A program made the translations under genes and the position numbers. Positions 14,555 to 24,200 of a DNA stretch of 25,530 nt are shown here, piece by piece. Within the stretch, counting starts at the first letter, position 1. The number at the start of each line of letters is the position of its first letter. The stretch comes from a virus (taxonomy: Duplodnaviria; Caudoviricetes): the IMG/VR virus record IMGVR_UViG_3300042361_000388, positions 1-25,530 of that record; one strand, given 5' to 3'. The notes below the pieces were generated by a model. It saw only the letters and a program-made list of their open reading frames with translations, had not been told where the DNA came from and did no database searches.

Positions 14555-14755
14555 ATGAAGCCTCATTACTACAAGTATCCTGACAGCCAGTACATCGTGC
14601 TCGAAGACGGCACGGTGGCTCGCACCCTGAAGGAAACCAAAATCCATAATCAGACCTACTACAATCTCATCCTCAATGGTGAGATGAAGCGGGTGAACAA
14701 GGAGAAACTCATGGAACCCTTCAGCGAAGTCAACGATGATAACCTCAACGCTTAA
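14555..14755 (+). CDS. Hypothetical protein, 66 aa
   Basis: Operon tiling, AACCACGAAC leader. Confidence 0.7.
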   Translation: MKPHYYKYPDSQYIVLEDGTVARTLKETKIHNQTYYNLILNGEMKRVNKEKLMEPFSEVNDDNLNA

Positions 14756-15113
14756 GACCAGCGGAGTCTTCTACCTCAGACGAGCACTAGCAATCTGCAA
14801 GCGTAACGCCAAGAACAAATACGTGACAATCCCAATCGAGAAGGCCGAGGAAATCATAGAACAGGCAAGCCAGATGAACCCACAAGGAACATACGACCAC
14901 AGGCAGAACTCCGTGCGAGCCGCCGCCTTGGTCCTGTGCGTCGAGCCGAGTGAACTCGTCGAACGCATGAACGGCAAGACGCCTAAGGAGTACATGGCTG
15001 AAATCGCTGAACTCAAGAACAAGATTAAACTCTTGGTCGAGGCTGGCGACGCCGTCGCTGAGAACAACAACGTCAAGCACGTCCGTGAATGGGTGCGTGC
15101 CAAGAACTTCTAA
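14736..15113 (+). CDS. Hypothetical protein, 125 aa
   Basis: Operon tiling, C-terminal coiled coil. Confidence 0.72.
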   Translation: MITSTLKTSGVFYLRRALAICKRNAKNKYVTIPIEKAEEIIEQASQMNPQGTYDHRQNSVRAAALVLCVEPSELVERMNGKTPKEYMAEIAELKNKIKLLVEAGDAVAENNNVKHVREWVRAKNF

Positions 15114-15114
15114 G

Positions 15115-15423
15115 ATGACTATCCGAGAAATATACAGGCTCGCCGTGTGCGAGGGACTGACAGCCGTGGAAGCGGGGCAAAAGTATGGTTGCAAGTCCAT
15201 ATCCCTGCACAAGATTGGCTCCAAGTACAAACTCCCTAAACTCAAGACGGAGTTCAGGAAGAAAATCGACGAGCAAATCAAGGGCATGAACGACGTCCAA
15301 CTGGAGGCGTACTGGAACGCCATCCAACTTCCTAAGAACGCCAAGACTGGCTATCAGGAACGTGAAGCCGTCCAAGAAGAAATCGCACGCCGTAAAGCCA
15401 ATGTCATTCAAGGAAGCAATTAA
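15115..15423 (+). CDS. Hypothetical protein with HTH-like N-terminus
   Basis: MTIREIYRLAVCEGLTAVEAGQKYGC. ATG lies 1 nt after the previous stop. Confidence 0.7.
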   Translation: MTIREIYRLAVCEGLTAVEAGQKYGCKSISLHKIGSKYKLPKLKTEFRKKIDEQIKGMNDVQLEAYWNAIQLPKNAKTGYQEREAVQEEIARRKANVIQGSN

Positions 15424-15631
15424 TCGCCTAGGCTTCGACTCTTGGGCTGACAATAAGATTGTCAACGCCATCGAGGACACGCCGTACCTCATGCATGGAG
15501 AGGGCAACGTGACGTACGAATACGAAGACGTCACCGTACGCTTGGAGTGGACGCCGTTAGGCTACACGGCAAGCCTACGTGCCTACACTTGCGACGGCTG
15601 GAAGGAAACCTCCAAGGCTTTCAGGAAATGA
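15401..15631 (+). CDS. Hypothetical protein, 76 aa
   Basis: ATG 15401 (MSFKEAIN...), operon tiling. Confidence 0.65.
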   Translation: MSFKEAINRLGFDSWADNKIVNAIEDTPYLMHGEGNVTYEYEDVTVRLEWTPLGYTASLRAYTCDGWKETSKAFRK

Positions 15632-15798
15632 CCAAGCACCCTAAGCAAGTAGGCATGTCCTGCAAGAACACCCGCTTCGTCAAGAAGGGCCTGACATGGG
15701 AAGAAGTCCAACGTGTCGAGAAGACCACGAAAGCGGACAGGGACAGATGGAATGAACTCATGTCAAAACCTTGGAACAAATGGACTCCGACAAAATAA
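15628..15798 (+). CDS. Hypothetical protein, 56 aa
   Basis: ATGA overlap (MTKHPKQ...). Confidence 0.6.
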   Translation: MTKHPKQVGMSCKNTRFVKKGLTWEEVQRVEKTTKADRDRWNELMSKPWNKWTPTK

Positions 15799-16022
15799 AT
15801 CACGAAATAACAATCAGGTACTCTCACTTCGAGTTCCTAAACAAAAACGTGCTAGACCTTGGCAAGCAAGTCCGTGAAGTCTGCGAGGAGCGTGACCGCC
15901 TCAAGGCCGAGGTCGAGATGCTCAAGGGTCAGGTAAGATACTGGAAGGTTGAAGCCGAGTGCGACCACGGGCGTTGGTTACGTACCCTTGAAGACCTCGA
16001 ACACCTGAGGAACCTCAAATGA
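15780..16022 (+). CDS. Hypothetical coiled-coil protein
   Basis: MDSDKIN...EERDRLKAEVEMLK. Confidence 0.65.
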   Translation: MDSDKINHEITIRYSHFEFLNKNVLDLGKQVREVCEERDRLKAEVEMLKGQVRYWKVEAECDHGRWLRTLEDLEHLRNLK

Positions 16023-16222
16023 TTCACGAGTTTCGTAATACCATTCCAGTCAAGACCAAACTTGGATATGGGTATCTGCTGTACGTCCAAAGCGGTGGGA
16101 CTTTTTGCAACGATATCTTCGCCGTGGTCCTTGAGAAAGATGGTGTCATCAGGCATATGCTTTCCGACCAGTTTGCCGTCATCCGAAACGATACGTTCGA
16201 CATAAAAAATGAAACGCCATAA
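16019..16222 (+). CDS. Hypothetical protein, 67 aa
   Basis: ATGA overlap, IPVKTKLGYG..ND.FAV motif. Confidence 0.7.
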   Translation: MIHEFRNTIPVKTKLGYGYLLYVQSGGTFCNDIFAVVLEKDGVIRHMLSDQFAVIRNDTFDIKNETP

Positions 16223-16424
16223 ACGAAAGTTTCAAATGGGTGAACTTAAGGAAAAGATGTACGCACTAGACGCAAAGAATCTTTATCCTGTTGACGCCGC
16301 AAAGATTCTTGGCATAAGCATGAGGACTCTTTACACATTGTCCTACAGGTACAACATAAACTTTGCAAAAGCACCGTATGGATATAACATCTTATCACTA
16401 AAACAAAATGAGCAAAGTAATTAA
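16209..16424 (+). CDS. Small HTH protein, 71 aa
   Basis: VDAAKILGISMRTLY, a Fis-like HTH. Confidence 0.7.
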   Translation: MKRHKRKFQMGELKEKMYALDAKNLYPVDAAKILGISMRTLYTLSYRYNINFAKAPYGYNILSLKQNEQSN

Positions 16425-17148
16425 GTTCGTAGCCGTCGGAGATAACCACGGCGACATGGTAGACGAGTCAGCCGCCAAGGAACTGTTTAACTTCTGCGAC
16501 AAGTATCAGCCAGACCAAATCGTACACCTTGGTGATGGGTATGATTTCAGAAGCATTAGGCGTGGAGCGTCTGGCAAAGAGGCTGACGAGTCATTGGTCA
16601 AGGACGTACTCAAGGGACATTGGTTCAACAAACGCCTACAGCCTACGGTGTACATGTACGGCAACCATGAGGACAGACTTGAGCAGATACTATCCAGCAC
16701 GCAGAACGGAATCCTGCACGACTACATCGAGGACCTAGACGGCGACGTCAAGGGTACGCTGAAGGACGCTGGCTGTAAGAAGATATACCCGTACCACGCC
16801 GAACTGGGCGTGCATCGCATCGGACCTGTGGCGTTCGTACACGGATATACATGCGGAGTCAGGGCCGTCGAAGAGCATGCCATTCATTATGCGGACCGCC
16901 ACGGTGCTCTTATCATGGGCCACATCCATTCTATCCAGCAGACCAATGCACGCAAGTTCGGAGGAGCCGTTGGCTTCTCTGGGGGTTGCTTGTGCAAGAA
17001 ACAGGCTATGGGTTATGCAAAGAATCGCTTGAATACCAGCAAGTGGGGTACAGGCTGGACCTACGGCTACATCCAAGGAAAGAACTGGAAGGTCTGGCAA
17101 GCACACAAGGTAGGAGACAAGTTCATTTTCTCATACACAGACCTATGA
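16408..17148 (+). CDS. Calcineurin-like metallophosphoesterase
   Basis: GDNHG, HLGDGYD, GNHE, FVHG, GHIH motifs. Confidence 0.9.
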   Translation: MSKVIKFVAVGDNHGDMVDESAAKELFNFCDKYQPDQIVHLGDGYDFRSIRRGASGKEADESLVKDVLKGHWFNKRLQPTVYMYGNHEDRLEQILSSTQNGILHDYIEDLDGDVKGTLKDAGCKKIYPYHAELGVHRIGPVAFVHGYTCGVRAVEEHAIHYADRHGALIMGHIHSIQQTNARKFGGAVGFSGGCLCKKQAMGYAKNRLNTSKWGTGWTYGYIQGKNWKVWQAHKVGDKFIFSYTDL

Positions 17149-17396
17149 AAAAAAAGATGACCAATAAGCGTTTGCTGGAACTACAGCACATGCTCAACGT
17201 GAAATTAGTTGACAAGGTTCCAAGCGGGTGGTACACGTCAGATAAAATATGCAAAATGCTAGGAAAGCCAAGAACAACTTCTATGAATTTGATAACAAGC
17301 CTAGTAAAGAAATGTGTCATTCCTGCACCTAAGATATTTCGCATTGAACGTAACGGAGTTGTCCGTCCTTATCCACACTACAAGATTGATATCTAA
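17145..17396 (+). CDS. Small winged-HTH-like protein, 83 aa
   Basis: ATGA overlap, VPSGWYTSDKICKMLGKPRTT. Confidence 0.65.
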   Translation: MKKKMTNKRLLELQHMLNVKLVDKVPSGWYTSDKICKMLGKPRTTSMNLITSLVKKCVIPAPKIFRIERNGVVRPYPHYKIDI

Positions 17397-17677
17397 TGCC
17401 ATCCAAAAACAAACTCAGGGAGTACTTAGCCGAGATAGACGAAGGCATCGTCTTGGCTGACGGTCACGACTCAGCGTTCGTAGGGATAGCCTCGACTCCC
17501 AATGGCGTTGTAGCCGTGTACTCATGCGACGCAATCATATCCAACCTGATGAATCAGGACATGATGGACGAGGAGACGGCAGTCGAGTACGCCGAATATA
17601 ATATTTTCAACTGCTACGTCGGGGACCGCACCCCTATATTTCTTGAGACGGTTCCTTGGGACGAGGACGAAGAATAG
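17396..17677 (+). CDS. Conserved acidic phage hypothetical protein, 93 aa
   Basis: ADGHDSAFVG..VAVYS..AVEYAEYNI..YVGDRTPIF pattern recalled from aquatic phages. Confidence 0.75.
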   Translation: MPSKNKLREYLAEIDEGIVLADGHDSAFVGIASTPNGVVAVYSCDAIISNLMNQDMMDEETAVEYAEYNIFNCYVGDRTPIFLETVPWDEDEE

Positions 17678-18302
17678 AGTACAGTATGCAGAGCGTCGTG
17701 GTTGCTATGGCTCCGCCGACTATCCACATAAACCAAGTGGAATCGAATATCCAAGACGAGGCCATAGCCAGCATGCCTCCAGCCATAGTTATACCAGCCG
17801 ACTTCTTGAACGGAGTAAAGGCCATTGCAAGGAGGCCAGCCACGAAGATTCCAAGGCCAGCGGTGCTGTACTGCCATAGTATCTTCTGCTTGAACTCAGC
17901 GTCTGCTTTGGCATAAGCCTCTGATATCTCGAAGTCCTTCTGCATGACTAGGTCGTACAGGGCGTTCGTTTCTTCCTCGACCTTCTCCGCCTTCTTCTTG
18001 TCCTTCTCTATGGCCTTGGTGTCGTTCTGACTTATTATACGGGTGAACTCCTGCACCTTCTTGACGTCAGGCTTTGCGACACCAGACAAACGGGTCACTT
18101 GGGCTTCGACAACTTCTCTGACAGTTCCTTTATCGAGGACAGGAACGACAGCAGTAAGGGCAGAAGCAGAGTCAGATACGACTGCTTCGACCTTCTCGAT
18201 GTACTTGTCTTTCTCTTTGTTCTCAATTTTAGGCGGGGTTATTGGTTCTGGTTGCTTGGTGGCACAACCCGTAAGAAGGATTGCTACAATAATGAATCTC
18301 AT
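17634..18302 (-). CDS. Lipoprotein with coiled coil and C-terminal TM helices (spanin-like)
   Basis: Signal peptide II MRFIIVAILLTG-C (start 18302), helical middle, 2-3 hydrophobic segments at the C-terminus. Confidence 0.7.
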   Translation of the reverse strand: MRFIIVAILLTGCATKQPEPITPPKIENKEKDKYIEKVEAVVSDSASALTAVVPVLDKGTVREVVEAQVTRLSGVAKPDVKKVQEFTRIISQNDTKAIEKDKKKAEKVEEETNALYDLVMQKDFEISEAYAKADAEFKQKILWQYSTAGLGIFVAGLLAMAFTPFKKSAGITMAGGMLAMASSWIFDSTWFMWIVGGAIATTTLCILYSILRPRPKEPSQEI

Positions 18303-19468
18303 TTTATGTGTTCTTTTATGTCGTCGTTGATGGACGGGACCCAACTGTTCGCACGTTCCATAATTCTTCTTGACGCTTCATCTCCAGCGTCACCCATTCT
18401 GGCAGGACCACGTCCGCCTCGTCCTTCGTTGCTACCGAATCCAGCCATGCCCATTGTAATTGAGTTAGCCACAGAGCCAAGTACACCCGTACCCAACATC
18501 CCTGTTGTTTCCAGTAGGCTGGCGTCTCTTGGACCAGTATAGTTTTCTGGATACTTGGACCTTCTTATCCTGTCCTCATGGGCTGTTATAGACGGTGTCT
18601 CAAACAAGAAAGAAGCAATGCCTCCTATTTTTCCAGCGATTCGACCTGAGCGTCCTAGCGTATCAACCGTTTTTACACCCTGTCCTGTCCTTCCATGCAA
18701 TTGAATAGTTTGAGTATCAGGGTCTATTACTCCAGCAGTACGAGAATATCTTTCTATTGTATCTGAAGTAGGAAAAAGTTCGCTTGCTGTATTCGTAGAT
18801 AAATAGGAAGCGGCTTTGGCCTCGTTACCACCCTGAAGAATTAACCTAGGAAAATTGTACTGCTTCTTCCAAGACTTAATCCATTCCTGTCCGTGGCTAT
18901 GATTGGTAGTAGCACCTCCAAAAGGAGGGTGTTGAGCCAATGGAATCATCGCCGCTTCTTCGCTTCCAGCAACGACAGTAAGTGGAGAGGGAACTGTGAA
19001 CACACCTTGATTCTTTAATCCGCCAGCAAAGTAATATTTTAAATCCCTAGGAGCAGTAGCGGCATTAACATCGGTGTAAAACCTTTTTGAGTACCAAGCC
19101 CGATTTTCTATCTGGTTTATTGCCTGTTGTATTTCGAGTCGTGTCGCCTCTGTGGTTGCGTTTGCAAGCGATACTCTAAGTGTCTTTAATTTTGCCTCTG
19201 CGTTTGCGTTTATTGCAGACTGAGGAAGCCTAGCGTCTCTATCAGGACCCTGAAAGTCAGCCCTTATCCCTAAGTATCTTTCATTGGTTGGGTTAAATCT
19301 TCTATTGAACTCGCTTCCCCGTGTATAAGCAACGGCATCATCTACGTTTGTAAACGTCCTAGTTACGTTTTCGGCAGGGATAAGTTGAGCCTTGCCCGAC
19401 AAGGCATCAAGATAAGGAGCATTGAATAGCCAAGCACCATGATAAAGTGGAAAGTTTTGTTCAGCCAT
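18299..19468 (-). CDS. Hypothetical protein, 389 aa, C-terminal ~100 aa shared with the next gene
   Basis: ATG 19468 lies immediately after the upstream stop (MAEQNFPLYHG...). Confidence 0.82.
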   Translation of the reverse strand: MAEQNFPLYHGAWLFNAPYLDALSGKAQLIPAENVTRTFTNVDDAVAYTRGSEFNRRFNPTNERYLGIRADFQGPDRDARLPQSAINANAEAKLKTLRVSLANATTEATRLEIQQAINQIENRAWYSKRFYTDVNAATAPRDLKYYFAGGLKNQGVFTVPSPLTVVAGSEEAAMIPLAQHPPFGGATTNHSHGQEWIKSWKKQYNFPRLILQGGNEAKAASYLSTNTASELFPTSDTIERYSRTAGVIDPDTQTIQLHGRTGQGVKTVDTLGRSGRIAGKIGGIASFLFETPSITAHEDRIRRSKYPENYTGPRDASLLETTGMLGTGVLGSVANSITMGMAGFGSNEGRGGRGPARMGDAGDEASRRIMERANSWVPSINDDIKEHIK

Positions 19469-19469
19469 G

Positions 19470-20933
19470 TTACTTGGAGTGTTCTTTGATATCGTCGTTG
19501 ATGGATGGGACCCAACTGTTCGCCCTCTCCATAGTCCTTCTGGTAATCTCGTTTCCAGTATCTTCCATGCGTGCAGGGCCACGTCCTCCACGGCTTTCAT
19601 TACTGCCGACGCCAGTCATACCCATTGTAAGTGAGTTAGCAACAGAGCCAACCACGCCCTTGCCTACCATCTGTGCCGTCTCAAGTAGGCTGGCATCTCT
19701 TGGACCAGTATAATCAGCAGGGTACTTAGACCTTCTTATTCTATCCTCACGTGCCGTTATAGACGGTGTCTCAAGCAAGAACGTCGCCGCACCTCCAGCC
19801 TTTGTAGCACCAGCGATAGCGGTCTGAACTTCAGGTTGAACGTAAAGGCTTGTTGCGTTCCACTTGGCGTTTCTAAGATGTTGACCAATAGTTCTTTCTG
19901 TAAAAGGAGTTATGCCGTCGTAAAGTGTCCTCATATTAAGAGGACCAATAGTGGTTGTTACTGCTTTCATTTCCTTTGGGATAATAGTATTTCCAGAATA
20001 CCTTGGTCTATACATGCTGTTACCAACAGGAATGAAATCTCTATCAAGTATTTCTTGTGGAACGTTTCCAACAAGCCTATAAACCTCTGAGCCATTTGCT
20101 ACTGGGGCTGTGCTTGTTTGCATAACTCTAAGCCCCTGCCTGTTCCAAGGATTTACCCTATCTATGAAAGAAGGATTTTCACTTGGATTAAGAGCAAGAT
20201 ATCCGTTGTTAAATGGAGTTGCCTTTAGACTAACGCCTTGAGATGCCTTCTCCCATTCTTTAAGTGCTTCTGGCCTGATTATTTTCCAAGGGTCGCCTTG
20301 TCTTGTTTTGTCGGTCAACAAGTCAGAGCCTTGAGATATAAAGCCTCTACTTGATATAGAGTCATACAAAGGATTAGCACCACTTGCCGCTCTTTCCATA
20401 AATTGCGGCGTAGCCTGAATGTAAATGTTTTTTGTTAATGGAGTTGCCCTAGATGTATACATTCCGAAACTACCCATGTTATCTACTTGGTTTCCAAGTT
20501 TGTCAAAAACAGCAGTAGACCGATATTCTTCAGCAGGAAATCCAGCGTTAAAATAAGCAGAGCCTCCAAATCCAGCCGTGCCACGAACTTGTCCAGTTCT
20601 CAGAAGGTCATTTACAGGATTTGTAAGATATCCCTCTTTCGTAACTGATGCTCCTTCTTGTGATAAAACCCTCCAAGTGTCGTACTCGTCATAAGAAAGG
20701 GTTCCTTTAAGGTTAGGATTATTACGTCTCCACTTTAACCAATTGTTTTCTGAAAAAGGTTTATTATGTACGTTTGGAATTAGCGGGGCTGGTTCAACAT
20801 CCATAAGCCTGTAGAAGTCACTACCTCTGCTAAAGTTGTTTGATGAAACAGGGTGTGTATACAGGTCATAGCCGATGCCATCCTTTATAAATCCATCATT
20901 AAATCTTGTTACTGGAAGAATAGGGTCAGCCAT
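19470..20933 (-). CDS. Hypothetical protein, 487 aa, C-terminal ~100 aa shared with the previous gene
   Basis: Long ORF with near-identical tail ETPSITAxEDRIRRSKYP...SWVPSINDDIKEHxK. Confidence 0.85.
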   Translation of the reverse strand: MADPILPVTRFNDGFIKDGIGYDLYTHPVSSNNFSRGSDFYRLMDVEPAPLIPNVHNKPFSENNWLKWRRNNPNLKGTLSYDEYDTWRVLSQEGASVTKEGYLTNPVNDLLRTGQVRGTAGFGGSAYFNAGFPAEEYRSTAVFDKLGNQVDNMGSFGMYTSRATPLTKNIYIQATPQFMERAASGANPLYDSISSRGFISQGSDLLTDKTRQGDPWKIIRPEALKEWEKASQGVSLKATPFNNGYLALNPSENPSFIDRVNPWNRQGLRVMQTSTAPVANGSEVYRLVGNVPQEILDRDFIPVGNSMYRPRYSGNTIIPKEMKAVTTTIGPLNMRTLYDGITPFTERTIGQHLRNAKWNATSLYVQPEVQTAIAGATKAGGAATFLLETPSITAREDRIRRSKYPADYTGPRDASLLETAQMVGKGVVGSVANSLTMGMTGVGSNESRGGRGPARMEDTGNEITRRTMERANSWVPSINDDIKEHSK

Positions 20934-21228
20934 TTTGGTTCAGTTTGTCTGAGATTTTTTTCCTCATCCACTCGAACATTTCTGGGGCAAAGGAACCAGA
21001 CACACAAGACAAGACGCTCTTATAGAAAGGGTCTATGTCCATCCTGTATATAGAGAAGTAACAGATGACCCCTACTATGGAGCCAGCGATTACCATGCGT
21101 ACCCATCTGATGGAGTTGTACTTCTCGTCCGTAAGTATGAGCCTAGCGAGCATACCTAGGCCACCGAGTATGGCGAAGAGCCAGCCAGTCTTCTTGAACT
21201 CTTCGGCGATATCGCTCATGTCGTTCAT
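20926..21228 (-). CDS. Probable holin (3 TM helices)
   Basis: 100 aa with three hydrophobic segments and a basic C-terminal tail (MRKKISDK). Confidence 0.7.
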   Translation of the reverse strand: MNDMSDIAEEFKKTGWLFAILGGLGMLARLILTDEKYNSIRWVRMVIAGSIVGVICYFSIYRMDIDPFYKSVLSCVSGSFAPEMFEWMRKKISDKLNQNG

Positions 21229-24200
21229 CTCTTCGGCCTTTCTCTGAGTGCCCTACGCTTGGCTTCTTCGATATCCTTGTATACACCGATGATTTCACGG
21301 GAAGGATTGTACAGCCTGAACTTGCCGTTGATGTGCATGATGGCGTAGTTCATGGCGTTCTTGACCATAGAGGTCTTGCCGTTATCGACAGGAATCCAGT
21401 CCTTCCAGACTCTGTAGTCTTCACGTGTAAGGTCACGTTGAGGCAGGGGAGTAGAGGGCTCCTGACCTTCTGGGGGAGGACGTCTGTCAGGCGGTACTGT
21501 CTGGTCTTCGCCAGTATCTTGCTGAGTCTCACGTTCAGCCTCAGTCTCTTTGGTCGTCGTTTCCTCTTCCTTCGGGGGCTGTGTTTGCTCTTGCTGGGTC
21601 TGTTGTTCAGCCTCTTGTTTCTTTCTTTCCTTAACAGCCTTATCGATTTGAGCCTTGTTTTCTTTCGTGGCCTTATTGTCAATCTTGCCTTTCTCAACGT
21701 CCCAGACGTTTCCGCTGTCGTCGATGTACTTGACATCAAGGAAGCCTTCCTTATCTGTGAACAGGGTTTTCTTGAACTCAGCGGGGATTTCTGGGTTACG
21801 GATAATTCCCTCGATGCCACCTATACCAATCATCTGAGATTCCTCTCTTGTGTACTTAAGAGGTCTTTCTCCTTGGGTTGGGCCAAAGTACCAAGTCCAA
21901 TAATTTGAGTTATCTTTCCTGTTCTTTAGTTCTTCCCACAATTCGAAGTCAGAAAGACCTTCGGAGAAGTCTTCACCGTAGCCTTTTTCCTTCCACGCTT
22001 TAAGTGCTTCTCTGTGCATTCCCATCATTTCCTTTTCAGATGGAGTAAGGAAACCGTGCGGACGGTCTGGTAGAAATGCTGTTGGTGTATCCCTGCCTAG
22101 CATAAGTGATGTTCTTTGAATATCTGCCGTCGCACTCATGTCATTTATGTCTATTCCCTTTGAGCCACGTCTGTTAAGGTCTAGTATTCTAACAACCTCT
22201 TCGAGCAACATATGGGCAGCACCATACTTTGGAGCACCATCGACGCTCAAGAACCTAGCCAAGTCCCATGCCATTTGATTATGCAAAGATGCCACGTTCT
22301 GAGAAAATCCAGTCCTTATAGCATCAGTATCGAGATTGGTAAGAAGGTCTGGGTTTATCTTCATTCCAGTAAGTTGAACAAGGAACTGAGGGTCGTTCAT
22401 CAGGGAGATGAAAAACTCATGCGGATATGCAAGTCTATATTCCTTGCTAGAGTCAAAGAATGCTCCTACAAGTGGACCAGTTCTTCCAGCCTTTCCGATA
22501 TCAAGGGCAATCTGTGTATCAAGTATCGCTTTCCCAGAGTATGTTGATGAAGAGGGGATTGTTTTCCAGCCTTTTTTCAGGCTTCCACGCTTAGGGTCAA
22601 GAGTCACTTTCCCAGTCTTGTCGTTTACCTTTATGTAATTTTTGTTGTGCTCTATTACCGCAGGGTCCCATAGGTTGGAAATTGTTCCAGTCTTTTCGTT
22701 CTTTACTAAGTAGTTCTTCATGACCTCTCTGTAGAGTTTCATGAATCTGGCATAAGACAGTACTATTGGGTCTACGACTGTCGGGTCATTGATGATACGC
22801 TTTTCATACATGTCGATAAACTTATCGACGGCATCCATCCAAGCCTTTCCAGAGGTGTTTCCTTCCCCTTGTGAATTTATCTGCTTAAGGAGGCCAGTAC
22901 TATCTCTGGCTTCTGCTTCACTTGCGATTCTTCCTTCGAACGTATGGCCTATCTCTTCAAGTGCAACTCCTTCAAACGAGCGACCTTGAAGCGAGTTCCA
23001 GATAAGTTGAGCCTGAGATGGATATGTTCTTTTCTTTTCCACTCCCTTTTCTGTCTCAGTAAAGGTTATTGTTCCAGCACGCTCTCTCTCATACATCTTA
23101 TCAATAATCATCTGCAACGGCAAGTAAGCGAATTGCTGATGAACCATCGTCTTGTTTATGACCTTATATGGCTTTTTTGTCTTTGTCTGCTTACCAGCGT
23201 CTTTATCCAAGATTGCGTTCTCTGAATCGGTTTCACCAAAGTCCTCTCCGACATCTTTCTTTTCCTGTTTTTCACCTTTCTTTTTCGGTTCTGGGTCGTC
23301 TTCAACCTTGTCAAAGCGGAAGCCTCTTTGATTGGTTGGGTCTGATTCAAATGACTGAACCTTCTCATGCTTGAGGCCAAGCACAGTTTCAACAGAAGAA
23401 GCAAAGGCTTCGTCCTTTTGAGTAAGGGTCAGGATTCTGTTAAGTTCACGCTCTGACGCAAGCGACATAAGCGTCCTAGCCCAATTGGACCAATAACTTC
23501 TGGCGATATTAGAGTGAACAGAAGTTCCTTGGTTGTCTAGGAATTGAAGGACGTCCTTGATTGTGAGCGGTTTGTTAAACTCAGCATGCCAACGCATGAA
23601 CGTGTATAGCGTGCTATCCTTATGCGAAGGCTTTACGTCTGGATAGAGTTTGACAGCCTTGCCATCTAACCCCTTGTCGTATTCATAAGGGTCAAGCATT
23701 GGGAATGGGTCGGAACCCTCTGGCAGGAAGTAGCCTCCGTAACCCATATAAGAGTCCTTGAACATTGGCTCCTTCTTTCTGGACGGAAACCTTACAGCCT
23801 CACCAGCACCTTCGGCAACAGACCTATTGATATCAGCAGAGGCCCTGTTGAAACGTTCGCTCTTCGGGACAGGATTTCCGTGTGCGTCTGTGGTGATGAG
23901 TTTATCAGACTTAATCTGCTCAGGGAAAAACACGGCCTTGTCCATGCCGTCGTCAATACCGTCGAAGCCATGCCTGACAAGGAGGTCACGCATAGCGTTC
24001 GGGTTAAGTATAGACTCAATTCCTAGATAAGAGAATGACCCGCTGTTCTGGAATCTCTCCATCTTGCCATCAACCCAGCCGTCGCTGAGGGCGGAGTTCT
24101 TTTCCTTGGCCCTAACAAGGATGGCACGAAGGTCTTCAAGCAGTTCCTTGGTAATGCGGTTTCTGCCCTTTACGGTTCCGTCGGAGTTGTACGTACGTCC

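Noticed and set aside
11116-14556. Antisense ORFs 11116-12102, 12065-12739 and 13753-14556
   Set aside because: They mirror well-supported + strand genes with strong codon bias.
18299-19780. Diversity-generating retroelement TR/VR pair
   Set aside because: Both copies are coding, the differences are largely synonymous and not adenine-specific, and no reverse transcriptase is present in the window.
21217-21228. Holin dual-start motif (Met-Asn-Asp-Met)
   Set aside because: It lacks the basic residue between the two Met codons that defines the lambda S105/S107 antiholin switch.
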